NCBI GenBank assembly: GCA_023213395.1
Contig: CM041465.1
Span: 2,790,001-2,854,000, forward strand
Length of the DNA: 64,000 nucleotides
Direction of reading: 5' to 3'
From: Cycas panzhihuaensis
Taxonomy: Eukaryota > Plantae > Cycadophyta
A model generated the notes under the pieces. The model saw only the letters and a program-made list of their open reading frames with translations, searched no databases and was not told the origin of the DNA. Each line of letters opens with the position of its first letter. The first letter of the stretch is position 1. This document shows, one piece after another, positions 38,540 through 52,411 of the stretch. Made by a program: the position numbers and the translations under genes.

Positions 38540-38976
38540 AGAGAAGCATATAGGGTGTAAATTTATCCATGTGTAGGCATAAAGAGTTATATGCAAGTGA
38601 GTATATAAATACTAAAAGAAAAGGGATATTGATCTCCTATTAACAAACTTGTTGTTGAGGATTATTAAGGGTCATTGTGAAGATGACCTTTGTTCGAATA
38701 AAATATCCCCTCCTCTTGATGAAATTATTAAAGAGTTTTTAAGATAAAGGTTGATAATGATTAATAGAATATTATTGTGCTAAAATGGATCTTTGTTGGT
38801 CATTATTAATGAGAGTTGTTGATCTCTATGGAAAACAGAGTATAAACAATGATAAAATCTTAAATGAAAAGTATTCAAATATATTAAAATGATATTTTTT
38901 TTTAAACCTTTAAAAGGCATCTTTATTAAAAAATGAATATTCTATAAAAAATATTTTAAATTACACATTGTATAGT

Positions 38977-39094
<118 letters not shown>

Positions 39095-41039
39095 CACACA
39101 CATAGAATTCTTTACACTACATGACCTATGACTTCTAAGGAAACCTACACATGTAAAACCTAATTGAATCAATTTGATCAAAATTATTTAAGCTTTCAAA
39201 GCTTGCCTATAGTAGAAAACATATGTTGAAGCCATCATACCCAATGTGAAAAAAAGTTGAAGATGGAGATGTAAAGGCTAAATAAATGCCTAAGTAACAC
39301 AAACAACCATCCGCACAAGATATTGAATAGAGGAGTCAAATGAATAGATGTTAGATAAAACACCAAGATTGCCATTAATATTATAACTACACCCAAGATT
39401 ACCAAAGTGATGCCTAGTCATGCCAATTATGAGAAAACATCATTACAGACCACATACATGTAGAGGAGATAAGGAAAGGCACCAAAGCATACCTACAGAT
39501 ATACAAAAGTTGCATATGCAAAGGAGGATGGTTTACAACCATTAAAACATAAAAACCAAAGAGGAATATAGTCAAAGAAGTCAAAAGAATCTAAAACGTA
39601 GATCTAAATAAGGGAGATGATGGTTATTGCATGCCTAATGATGATCGGTGCTACGAAACCCCTAAGTGTGACTTATAAAATGAACCATTAACAATTTGAC
39701 TATATAATGATAAAGAAAGTTTTAGGAAAAATGACTTTATTTGTAAGAAACATTTGAGTTTATGAAGGGGTACATCATTTACCTATGTTATTTTGGGGAA
39801 TATTCCTAAAGGAATATTAAAAAAAAAGGACTTTAGTTAAAAGATATTTCACTTTTATAAAGTTTATGCAATATTAAACTAGAGTGGATAGTGATTTGAG
39901 TTTTATAAGTGAGCCCCCTACCTACTAGCCCCCAGTCATATGGTCATTTAAGTGTCAAGGCCATTTTTAGATTATCAAGTGTTTATTTTATAAAAATAAA
40001 TATACCACGATGATCAATTCTTTCAGAGATTTAATCTAGCAATAATCACATATTACACTTTTATATAAAATTCTAGTGAAAAAGTAAATTTTATATTTTT
40101 CTTTTGTGGTATTCTGACTACCTACAAGTAGATGAAGGTAAAAAATCGCTCGTACCAACTACTTGTATAGGCTAAGAAATTTTATAACCTTATTTCTTTG
40201 TTTTTGTACTTATTTATTTGCTTTTCAGATGCCTTTTTATTACTTTCCACTTGAAATGGCTAGTGGAAGTTGTATATTGGGAACTATCATAAAAAAAACT
40301 CATAATTCTTAAAAATCACACTATTTGGAAGTGTCACATGTTTAGTTTCTTCCATCTAAATAATTTCTAAAAATATGTAGATGAATTAGTTAAGTATAAA
40401 TATGTTAATGAGGCTATTATTTTTAAAATTAAATTGACTACTAATATTGCATTTAATATTGAATATCAATTAAAGATAAGGATTACATTTGATTTTCTTA
40501 GCATGTTAATTAGTATTAGCATCATCTTATACATCAAGGGAGCTACAATACCAAAATAAATATGGGACACAGTGGTGAACCTATTCAAGTATAGGAATAA
40601 TATTAGAGTTCTCCACTTATGGATTTAACTACACACCTTAAAGATGACTATGAATATAATGGATTACATATGATATGCGAGATTAATTCAAGATCAATTG
40701 GTGACTATAGGTGAGATAGTTCCTAATTAAAAAATTATTGCCTACATACTAAGAAGCATACCACCTTAGTATAAAAATTTCACAACCATAATAACTTTAA
40801 TATACAAATTATCCACTTTCATAATTAGTTCTTTAAAATAATTACTTATGGAAAATAAGTAGAAGTTAAAATATATGCATGGTGAATCATCTAGAGTATT
40901 GTCATCTAGATCAAAAGGGAAGAAAGCCTTTGTTTCAAAGAAAAATATTCCTTTTAAACCTACAATTTTAAAAGATAATCCAATAGCCTCAAAGGGATAA
41001 TATAGACCAAAGCGTTATTATTATAAGAAACTAGGTAAC

Positions 41040-44000
41040 TTTAGAAGAAATTCACCCTCATCCTTTATTGATCATTTGCTAAGTCCTTAAATACATCTTC
41101 AGGAGTACGAGACCAATGGAAATCACTTAATGAGATGATGCCACTTGTCATATTAAAGAAGAAATGGGAAGATGATACATGATCCTTACTAGGGACCTAG
41201 ATAAAATATTAATCTAGATAAAACATTGCCTTTTACACCCCCTCTTAATGTTTTATCTATTTTAGTCCTTAAGGCCAATAAAATTTTCTCTACTAAGAGG
41301 TTTGGTAAGAATATCTATAATTTGATTTTCTAATATACAATGTTGAACCTTAACTTCTTTGTTCTAGACTTTTTCTCTAATGAAATGGTGATGTACTTTT
41401 ATATGTTTGGTTCTTGCATGCAACACTAGATTCTTTGTCATTTTTATTGTGCTTTGGTTATCACAAAATAACTAAGATGACATTAACTATTCTTGTCCAA
41501 GGTCTTTAAGGAGTTGTTTCGTCCAAACTCCTTCACATGTTGCATTGATAGATGGCTTGTACTTTTCTTTTGTTGAAGATAAAATAACTATGTGTTACTT
41601 TTTACTACTCTAGGAGATTAAAGTTGTTCTTAAAAGAAAGGAAATATCATGATGTTGATTACCTATATATTCTGTCTTTAGCCTAGTCTGAATCATAGTA
41701 ACCTATTAGTTATATATTGTTATCCTTTTTATATTCTGGTCCAAGTTTCATTGTTCCCTTCAAATATTGCTGAATTAATTTTGCTACATTCTAGTGAATT
41801 ATTTTGAGATCTTCTATAAACCTGGAAACTACACCAACTACATAAGATATATCTGGTTGTATAGGTGTAAGATAAATTAGATTGTTAATTAGTTGTCTAT
41901 ATAGAGTTGTATCAACTGATTGAGCTTTCTATCTGTGTCTAACACACACCCAATTTCCATTGGAGTGGTGACATTATTACAGCTTTATGTATTGAACTTA
42001 TTTAATAGGTTTTTAACAAACTTTGATTGTGATAAGACAACAGGTCCATTATTTTTTCTTATTTCTATTCCCAGATAATAATACAGCATCCCAAGGTCTG
42101 TCATTTTAAATTCCTTTTCAAATTACTTCTTGATGAAGACAATTAACTTTTCATCATCTCCTGTAATCAACATATCATCCATATACACTACGACGATGAA
42201 GATTAGCCCTTGGTTAAATTTCACATACAAGCTAGGATCTGATTCACACTTGTAAACGTCATTTTGTGTTACATATGTATATAGTTTGGCATACCAGGCT
42301 CTTGGGGCTTGTTTGAGTCCATACAAGGCCTTTTTTTTCTTGCAGACTAGATTTTCTTGACCAGGCCTTATATATCCTTTAGGATGATATATATATACTT
42401 CTTCTTGGAGATTTCTGTTTAAAAAAACCCTTTTGACATCCATTTGATAAATTTTCCACCCTTTCTGAGCAGCAACAACAATCACTATTCTTACAGTATT
42501 TAGCTTGGCTACTAGTGAGAATGTTTCTTCATAGCCAATTCTAGTCGCTTGTGTGTAGCCTTTTGCTACTAATCTTGCTTTGTACTTCTTAATTTCTCCA
42601 TTTGGATTTTCTTTTACTTTATATACCCATTTGCAGTTTATAATGGGTCTATCTTTAGGATATGTTACTAGATCCCATATTCCATTTTTATAGATGACTT
42701 GTATTTCTGCATCCATAGCTATTCTCCAAGCTTAAGATTTGCTTGCTTCTATGTAAGTTTTTAGCTCAATTGAGTATACCAAGGCTTAGGGCTTCTAAGA
42801 CATTATTTGATGTTCAAACACCTCTCCTCTTATTTCCTCAAGAGTTTTGAGGTACCATTTTGGTATCTTTTTGGAGACTAATTCCTATGATGAACTGGTT
42901 TCTTCATCTTCTAGATGAAGACTCATATCACTTGCTTGTTGGATATCAAATGGATGAATACTGGAATCATTTGTTTGTTGAGTATCAGATGATGAAGTAT
43001 CACTTTTAATTTTGATAGAAGTAATATCAAATGTATCTTCTGGTGGAACTATTTTAATGTTTTGATCACTGACATTTGTTTCTTGGTGCTTAGCTTTAGT
43101 GATTCTTTTCTTTTCATTAAATATTACATCTCTACTTACATAGAGTTTGTTTGTCTTGGGATCAAGACATCAATATGCCTTTGAACGACTGTTATATCCA
43201 ACCATTATATATTCTATGCTTTTGTTATCTAGTTTGGTTCTTTTTTATTGTGAATATGTACATATGCTTTGTAATAAAAAATTTTAAGATGACTTACATT
43301 TGGTTTATGGCCTGTCCATACCTCTTCTAGTGTTATTTCACCCAATTCTTGAGTTGGACTCCTATTGATCAAGTATAGAGCTGTGTTTACAGACTCTACC
43401 CAATATTTTCTTATGACGTTGTTTTCACTTAATATACACCAAGCCATTTCTAAAATTGTTCTATTCATTCTTTCTGCTAACCCATTTGATTATGGTGTAT
43501 ACGGGGTTGTGACCTATCTACGGATTCCATGCACTTTACAGAAATGGAAAAACTCATTGGACATGAACTCGCCACCCCCATTTGATTGAACACATTTAAT
43601 TTTCTTGTTTCCTTATAGCTCAACTTCTATTTTAATTTTTTTGAAATAATCGAATGCTTCTGATTTTCTAAACAAAAAATATACCCATGTCTTTTTAGAA
43701 AAGTCATAAATAAAAGTTAGGAAGTACCTTGCTCCATTTGTTGAAGTTGGTATGAATGGACCACATAAATCAGTGTGAATTAGTTCTAGCTTATCTTATG
43801 TATGCCATGTACCTTTTGAAAAAGGAATCCTATGTTGTTTTCCCATCATGTAACTTTTACATATAAAGGAATTAAATTGAATGTTAGGCAGACCATTTAC
43901 CATCTTCAATTTTTTTAGCTTTTCTAGTCTATGATGAGAGGTATGACTGCACTTCAAATTCCACATTTCATTAGTATCATTGTTTATCACAACAAAAGAA

Positions 44001-46272
44001 TTTACATCAGAAGTAGATATTGTAGGTCCTTTATTTGGCATCACAGGAGTGGAGAGAAGTTTGTATAGCCTATTACATTTTTCTCCTTTAGCTATTACAA
44101 CACCATTCTTTTTCATGTCAAGGATATAATGGTGCCCATTTTCATCAAATATTGTTCTCAGTTTTTTTTCGCTTGACTGAGACACTGATAGGAGATTCTT
44201 CTTCATTCCTGGTATGAAGAAAACATTGCCTATTCATTAGATTTTTCCATCAATATTTATGGCAATTTGTCCTATTCCTTTTATATGTAAAGGAAAGTTA
44301 TCTCCCAATTCGACAAATTTATTAAGATCATATGGTTGAGCACTTCAAACCATTTTTCAATTTCAGTCATGTGATATGAGGCTCTTGAATCAATGTATCA
44401 GTTTTCTAGTCCATTGGAGCTTGCTGTTAATACTGCTATGAAGGTTGTTTCTACTTCTTCTTTTGTTGAGTCTCATTCTCTGTTGTAGTTTTCGGACACT
44501 TGCTTCCCTTTTTGAATTTCAATTCTTCTCTGATGACATTGGTATGGATAGTGGTCTGGTTGTCCGCAACGGTAACATATGTCAAAGGCTTTATAGGCAC
44601 TTGAAAAATGACATGGTTTGCCATAATTAAAACAAACTATGACATCACGTGGTAGATTTGTAATAGTTCTTCCTCATCTTGCCTTTAGTCCAATGACCTT
44701 GGTAGCCACTTGTTACTCTTCCTCATGTTTTGAGGTTATACTGATCTCATCCTTGACTTTGCAAATGAAGTTTGGTGACAAGTGCTTCTTCAATTTCCTT
44801 GTCTTCTTCATATCTCTAATTCCTCTTCTCTTAACTGAGCATGTATCCTATAAGAGTATCAAGGGTCATTGTGGTTGTTTATCCTCCACCTGTCAACATG
44901 TTTACCATGTTATCAAATGATTTAGGAAATTTATTGAGCATAAGATGTATTAACTTAGTATATATATTATTTTATCCTCGGCTGTAAGAAGTGTAGTTTT
45001 AATGTTTGTCAAATCAATTATGAAGCTGGATACTATTTGGCCTTCTTTCATCCTAAGCTTATAAAGTTCCTCCTTGAGTGCAATAATTATGCCTTCATTT
45101 TTTTGATTGAACATGGAGGATATTATTTTCTAAATTTCATGAGCATTCTCAACACCATCTACATAGACTAGTAGGGGATTAGAGATTGAAAGTTTAAGGA
45201 CAAATACAACAAGATTGTTTCTTTCTTCCCAATTCAATAGATCATCTCTGTTAGTGGGTTATTTTTCATCACTAGTGGTGATTTTCCAGGCACGCTTTAC
45301 TCTTAAGTGGCCCTCTATCTTAATTTTCCAAATACTAAAATTCAATTTAGTCAACTTGTCATCTTCAACCAATGATCTAGTAAAAGAGGCCATGATCAAC
45401 AAAAATTTTAATTTTTGTGTGCAGAAATGAGGTTATACGCCTTTATGGAAGGCTATACAGATTTCCATATGGAATCTAAAGTGTACGGATGAGATAAAAT
45501 AAGGTGTCAAGTAAAAGATCAATCTGGTGTTAAATTTTAAAAACTCTCTCAGATTTAAGAGAAATGACACCAGAAAGCTCCAAACTTGTGCCCTTAGGTT
45601 TTTGGGTATTTTGATAAAAAATTCTCAAAACAAGAGAAAAAACTAGCAATTTAGGACTTGATCTCTTTAATTTCAGATGAAGAAGGTTTTAGATACTTAG
45701 TACCCAACTTTTGTCTTGAATTTTTGAGAAACTTTGAAGGAGAAGTCTTCTAAACCTATGTGTAGAGAAATCTGGCCAAAAGTCCATCAAAAAGTCTTTA
45801 AATCATGATAGTCCAAAAGAAGAAAATGTTGAGGAGACCCTGATCTATGATCTAGACAAGTTTCATTAGATTCTGATGACTTTGGTTCTTAACATCCATA
45901 CAATTCCATACAGTTCCATACTCTGAACCGAACATAAGAGGAGCTATGTCTAATACTTTGATGAATCTCTTGGACTCCTTAGACTTCCTCAATTTCCTTA
46001 ATCTAATGCTTCTCTAATTCCCAGAACCCTAATTCTCTTATAGACAGAGGGACTCACCAGCCTGCTCTGATACCATGTAGAAGAAATTCATCCTCATCCT
46101 TTATTGATCATTTGCAAGTCTTTAAATACATCTTCAGGAGTACAGGATAAATGACAACTGCTTAATGAGATGGTGTCACTTGTCATATTGAAGAAGAAAG
46201 GGGAAGATGATACATGACCCTTACTAAGGACCTATATAAAACATTAATCTAGATAAAACATTACCTTTTACA
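41040..46272 (-). mobile_element. Full-length decayed Ty1/Copia, 5.2 kb, related to the 21813-26953 family
   Basis: LTRs 41040-41237 and 46076-46272; TSD GTAAC/GCAAC; PBS TGGTATCAGAGC 46064-46075; PPT AGAGGGGG; RT ORF 42123-42716; integrase ORFs 43229-44206. Confidence 0.95.
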
Positions 46273-47295
46273 GCAACATCAAGAAGGACTATTGGGAATG
46301 GTAGTGTTAATAGCATAAAAAATAATAATAGAAACTCCAATAATAGAGACAATAGTGGCAATAATAATAATAACTACCTAGATAAGATGGTCATGTCTTA
46401 GATGCAATAGATAATACACCTACCAAGATTTCAACATGTTTGTTTGTTACAATATATAAAATAGATTTGAATATATAGGATGTCTAGTTCATCAATTTTG
46501 GTACATCATAACACATGATTGTAAGGATAGAATGGTTCTTTTAAATGTGAGAGGTATATCATAAGGTGACCTTTAGGAATGACATTAATTTAGAGGCTAT
46601 AAGAGTAGGAAAATTTCCAATCATCATGCCAAATAAAGAATAATAATATCTAGATAATGCTTTATACATACCAAATCTAAATGCCAACATTGTTTTAATT
46701 GGAAAGATTGAATAATAAGACATGACTGAGATGGTTATTTAAGGACAGTGCATGGTCTAAGGCAAATACAATAATGTTGTAACCAAGGGACTAAGAGAAA
46801 ATAACTTATATAAACTATAAGGATACTCTTATGTTTAAATAATTCCTATCTATATCTCCAAAATAGAAGCTATGGCATGGGCAAGTGGGTCATTTAAATT
46901 ATATAAGTCTCTAATTAATACATAAATTAAAAATGGTGTATGGTCTTCCCATGATAGATAATAAAAGTTATTTGTATAAACCTTGTAGATTTGAAAAATA
47001 ATATAAAGAGACCTTTGTAATGAAGAAGACATGGACAGCCAAAAAGAAATTAAGATTAGTTCACTTAAACATTTGTGGACCAATGCTTGTCATTGAAGTG
47101 AGATATTTTATCATATTCATTAATAAATTTTCATGGAAAATTTTGATCTTTCCATTCAAAAAAAAATTACAAGTCTTTACTTGATTGAAATAGTTCAAAA
47201 TTTTAGTGGAGAATAAAAGTGGCCTAAAGATTAAGGTTCTATAAATTGATAATAGTGGAGAATACACTTCAAATATATTTATATAATTCTACAAA

Positions 47296-50200
47296 AATAT
47301 ATATCTAATATTTAGTGTGATCTTGTGGACTTGTATAAAATTTTACCCATCAAAAGCATTGAGAGATGTGATATGAATGCTTATTCACATATACATCCTA
47401 TTAGATGATGAAAAAACTTAAAATATATTGTAGGTTATTCATGAGATGACATAATCTATAAATATATATACACATCATTTAAGAACTTATGGGAGGAAGG
47501 ACTCACTTCGAGATATAATTCATTTGATATCATAAAGAGGAGATCCCAACTCTAACCTTCTCTCGTGGTTTTTTCGATCTTAGGTTTTCTATGTATAAAT
47601 CTATTATTTATCTTATAATGCATGCTTTGTTATATTTATAGTTTATGAATCATGTTATTGCTTTATATATTCATCTTATAATATATGATTTGTATGTATT
47701 CCTTAGAATTTGATTTATTCATTATGTATGTTTGATATACTTTCATTACAAATAATAACTACATTCTAATATGGTATTTGAGATAAATTCTAAATTCCTA
47801 TATGGTATTAAAGCCATATTGTGAAAGATATTGTGAAGTATATTAAAGCATATATGAGCTAGGTGATGAGCTAGATGAGCTGATAGTTGAGTCAATTATA
47901 GATCTAGTGATATAACTAATATAAGTCAATATAGAAGCTAGTACGAGGAGAGTTTTGATGAGCCAAAACTTAATTATGTAAATGATATATAACTAAAATC
48001 TTAGGGTAAGATGAAGATGTTTGAAAGCCATATATAGATGATGATAATAAGGTTGATGGTATGCTAAAATTTAAATTTATTATAGATAATTATTTTAAGT
48101 ATGTTGTGTGCTATTTCTATAGACATACAACTATTAAATAAGTCCATTGAATGTGACATGATGAGGAGAATTATTGCTAGTTATATTTACTGATATAGTT
48201 TAGCTTCCTATATAAGTGATTGAGATTTTATGAGATTGACCATCTCACCTAATATTCTAATTAATAATAGTATATATACTTAATTAAAATATATTTTGAG
48301 ATACATAAGAATTCATTCCATTAGTGAATGATTAACGTAAAATGGGCAATAGTCATATACTAATAGATGTAGAATAACCTATAAGGTATGTGTCATTAAG
48401 CAAATATAATATTTTGATACATTTAATCAAATTTAAATCTTTTATGAAGTTCATTAGAAAGACCCTAAGCCATTAGTAATTAGTCACATGGAGGAGCTAG
48501 TACAATTAGGAGACCAACCAAAAAGACCTTAGAAATAGTTCTTATTTGTATATCATTTATTTCATGATATACAAATAATTTTTTGAACATAATATTTCAC
48601 TAAAGTGTCTATTTTTTAAACCATTAGTTATATTAAAAAGAGAATTTTGAGAATATTAAAATGAGTAGCCATAAGGCATATTTTAGAAATCAAAAGATAA
48701 AAATTTTAATGGGTAAATTTGAGCAAAGTATTTATGACATAATAAATATTACATTTATTGAGTAGTTTCATATATGATTTGGCATATTTTAATGTTTTTA
48801 AGGCTCATGAGGTCATGATAATATATAATGATGATTGTTGAAGAAAGAAAAAGTAAGTTTGGTTTAAAATTAACATATAAAATCTTATTTATAATAGTTC
48901 AAGGCTCAAAACTGATGAAATTTTGATGTGGAAATTTTTTAATACACATTGGACATAATACAAATCCCCCTTGGCTCTTATTTCATATAGTTTAGTGGAT
49001 GTATAACACTAGTCAAATGCCATGTTTGGTTGGTTTATTGCATACTTGTTTGAATGAATGGAATTAATGACACCACCTATTTTATATTGATAAAAGGCTT
49101 AATTTGTTTATAGCATTTGTTTGTTAGAGAGATAAGTTAATGATATCATTTTCACTTATTTATAAGACATGGAGAAGAAGTATCATATATTGATTACTTA
49201 ACACATCAAATTTAATTGTTAAGGTCATCTAATTGATATATGATATCCATTTATCAATGAGAAATCTAACTTGCTATATATGACATGAGGAATAAAAATG
49301 CACCATTTACATTACCTTATTATAGCTACCTTAACTCGTCTAAGCAATACACTTTATTCCTAGAGTTAGTATCTTAAATTTATTGATTTGATTATGTTGA
49401 TAAGATTATTAGTTACTAAAAGAAACTTGCAAAGTATATGTACATAGATGGAGGTAACACATAAACTATTTATTTATATGCAAGAGTCAAGATGAATTAG
49501 GCTATTTCTATATAATACACAGATTGTATTATTATTCTTATATGTAAGAGGCAAGAAATTTTATGCTACTCTTGTAAAAATATTTTGCTAAATAGTTAAG
49601 TGTTATTTTTTACATGAACAAAATTGATGATTATAATAACTTTACAAATAAAGATATGATGGTCTTCAGTATAACACTTTATATAAATATGATAAGTAAA
49701 AGCTATATATATTAGTTAATGCTTGGTGGATGATTGAAGTTAGTATATAGGTTTTTATAAGATTGGTTATTCTTAGTTAGTTACTAATGATCATAAATGA
49801 TTACAAATGTTTACAAGTTAATTACTTACAGGAAATAAGCATGATATTGATAGATTTATAGTTTATAGGCAATACAACTTTATTCAAATTAATACAACTT
49901 AATATAAATTAATACAAGTTTACAAATTCTAACATACAAGGAAATCATGAATATTGAAGACTAAGCTTGAAAACATGAAGATTATAAATTAAAGATGTTA
50001 AATATTAAAGAGAAGTCTTGGAATCTGTGATATTTTTATATATTTAATATTTAATATTATATTATAAGCCCACATAAAACCCCACTTACTAAAAGTATTA
50101 AGAGATATAATATGCACAATTATTTAAGTATACATTCTATTAGATGATGAAAAGGCTCAAGAGTTATTATAGGCTATTCATGATGTGACATAATCTATAA

Positions 50201-50541
50201 GTATATATATACACTATTTAAGAACTTAAGAAAGTAATAACATACTTGGATATATAATTAATTTGATATCATAAAGAGGAGCTCATAACTCCAACATTCT
50301 CTTGTGGTTTGTTCTATATTAAGTTTTCAACATGTAAATTTGTTATCTATCTTGTGGTGCATGTTTTGTTATGTTTATATTTTATGATTCATATCATTGC
50401 TTTATATGTTTATTTTATAATACATAATTTGTGTATATTCCTCATGATATGATTTATTAATTATATATGTTTGATATACTTTAGTTGTATATAATGATTA
50501 TATTTCAACATGGTATTAAATTTAAATTTTAAATTTTTACA
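47296..50541 (+). mobile_element. Old non-autonomous LTR element (LARD-like) with LTRs of about 500 bp
   Basis: Diverged direct repeats ~47296-47802 and ~50016-50541; decayed PBS TGGTATTAAAGCC 47803-47815; purine run before the second repeat; no intact ORF. Confidence 0.75.
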
Positions 50542-52411
50542 TGACAAATTAACAATGATGGAGAATATACTTTAAATGAATTCACCTAGTTCTACAATAA
50601 TCATGGGATCAAGAGGTTGTTTCCTACTACCTATACACCTCAACAAAATAGACTTAATAAATAAATGAATAGAAATTTGGTTAAAAAAGCCAAAGACATA
50701 ATATAAAGAAAGGATGTAATAGATTTATTATGGGCAAAAGACATAAATACAATTTCATATATAATAAGCAAGAGCACTACTAGGGCTATTAGAAATATAA
50801 CACCTAAGGAGGCTTAGTTAAGTAGGAAACCAATTATAAGTCATCTTAGAAAATTTGAATGTATAATATACATTCATATTCCTTTGGAGAAATTATTAAA
50901 TTTTTATGATAAAAGCATAAAGTATATCCTTATTAGTATATAATCTTTTAGGAAGATAAGGTTTAGAATGTTGGTTGAACTGATATTGAGGATTTGCTTA
51001 AATAAAGTTCTTCATATGACATTATTCAACTAGAGTATAAGTTATTTAATAATGGTGAAACAATAAAAGTAGAATCCTTCTAATTTTTAAAAGTTAATTT
51101 TAAGTAGAAATTAAAGATAAAGATAAATTTAAAGCCTAAGCTAAAGAAACTATCACATACAAAGCATTCACCATCATCTTTAAAGAAGAAGCTTCGAAAG
51201 TGGTATTTAGAAACCATGGAGGATGTTAAGAAGTTATTACCTAAATTTAAGAGAAAGTAAAAATAAAAAAATGTGACCCTCTAAACATGTAAATATGGCT
51301 CTTATGGCATGTGTATTAGATGTAAATAAACTATATATAATTGAAGAAGTACTTTAAGAGAAGAAGTAGCATGATGATGTGAAGATTAAAATCTAAGTAA
51401 TCAAGAAAAACCGTACATGGGATTTGGTAGAATTATTTGTTGGTAACTAGGAAATTAGAAGCAAATGGATTTATAAAACCAACTTTAAATTTGATGGATC
51501 TATAGAAAAATACAATGTATGGCTTTTTGTGAAATACTTCAAGTAATAATAAGGGATTGACTACTAAGAGAAATTCATTCTGGTTGTAAAGATGAACACC
51601 ATTCATTTCATTATGGTGATAGCTACACAATTTAATTAATAGCTATAGTAGATGGATGTAAAAATTGCACTTTCAAATGGGCATTTAAATGAAGAAGTCT
51701 ACATGGAGAAGCCACTTGGCTTTATTAAAAAAAGTTATAAGCATTTGATATGCTAACTTAGGAAGTACTTTTATGGCCTATAATACGCTCCTAGAGCCTA
51801 GTATGAAAAGATTAATTAGTATTTTTAAAAGAACGGGTTTGAGATATCTCTAGTTGACTTAAACTCATACATGAAAGCAAAAAATGATAAAACATATTTA
51901 TGGTGTTATATGTTGATAATCTATTGATCACAGGTAATGATATTAATATGATATTATGCTTCAAGGTATATTTTAGTCATTACTTTAAGTTGATTGATTT
52001 ATAGATTCTATACTTCTTCCTTAGAGTGGAAGTATGGCAAAGGCCTGAGTATATCTTCATCTCATAGGCAAATTATACTTTTAAGAAATTCTAAAGAAAT
52101 TTATAATAGAATATTTTAAACCTATGCCTAACCCCATGGAGATAGTTTCTATATTGATAGTGGAAGATGGTAGAGTAGATGTTAATTCTATATTATATAG
52201 ACAACTAGTGGGAAGTCTAATATACCTAATCACTACTTGACTTGATATATCTTATGTAGTTAGAATGGTATCCAAGTTCATAACAATGTCAAAATAGGAT
52301 CATTAAGAAGTTACTAAATAGATCCTTAAATACTTAAAAGGGATGATTTACTATAGATATATATTCTAACATAATGATAATGTTAAGTTAATATGATTTG
52401 TAAACTCTAAT

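Larger units (their letters stand above)
40400..52411 (+). mobile_element. Old plus-strand Ty1/Copia, fragmented by three insertions
   Basis: gag 40.4-41.04 kb; protease/integrase 46.3-47.3 kb; integrase/RT 50.55-52.41 kb with DNGGEY-like, LYVDNLLITG and YRQLVGSLIYL motifs; cut at the GFxDSD motif at 52411. Confidence 0.75.
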
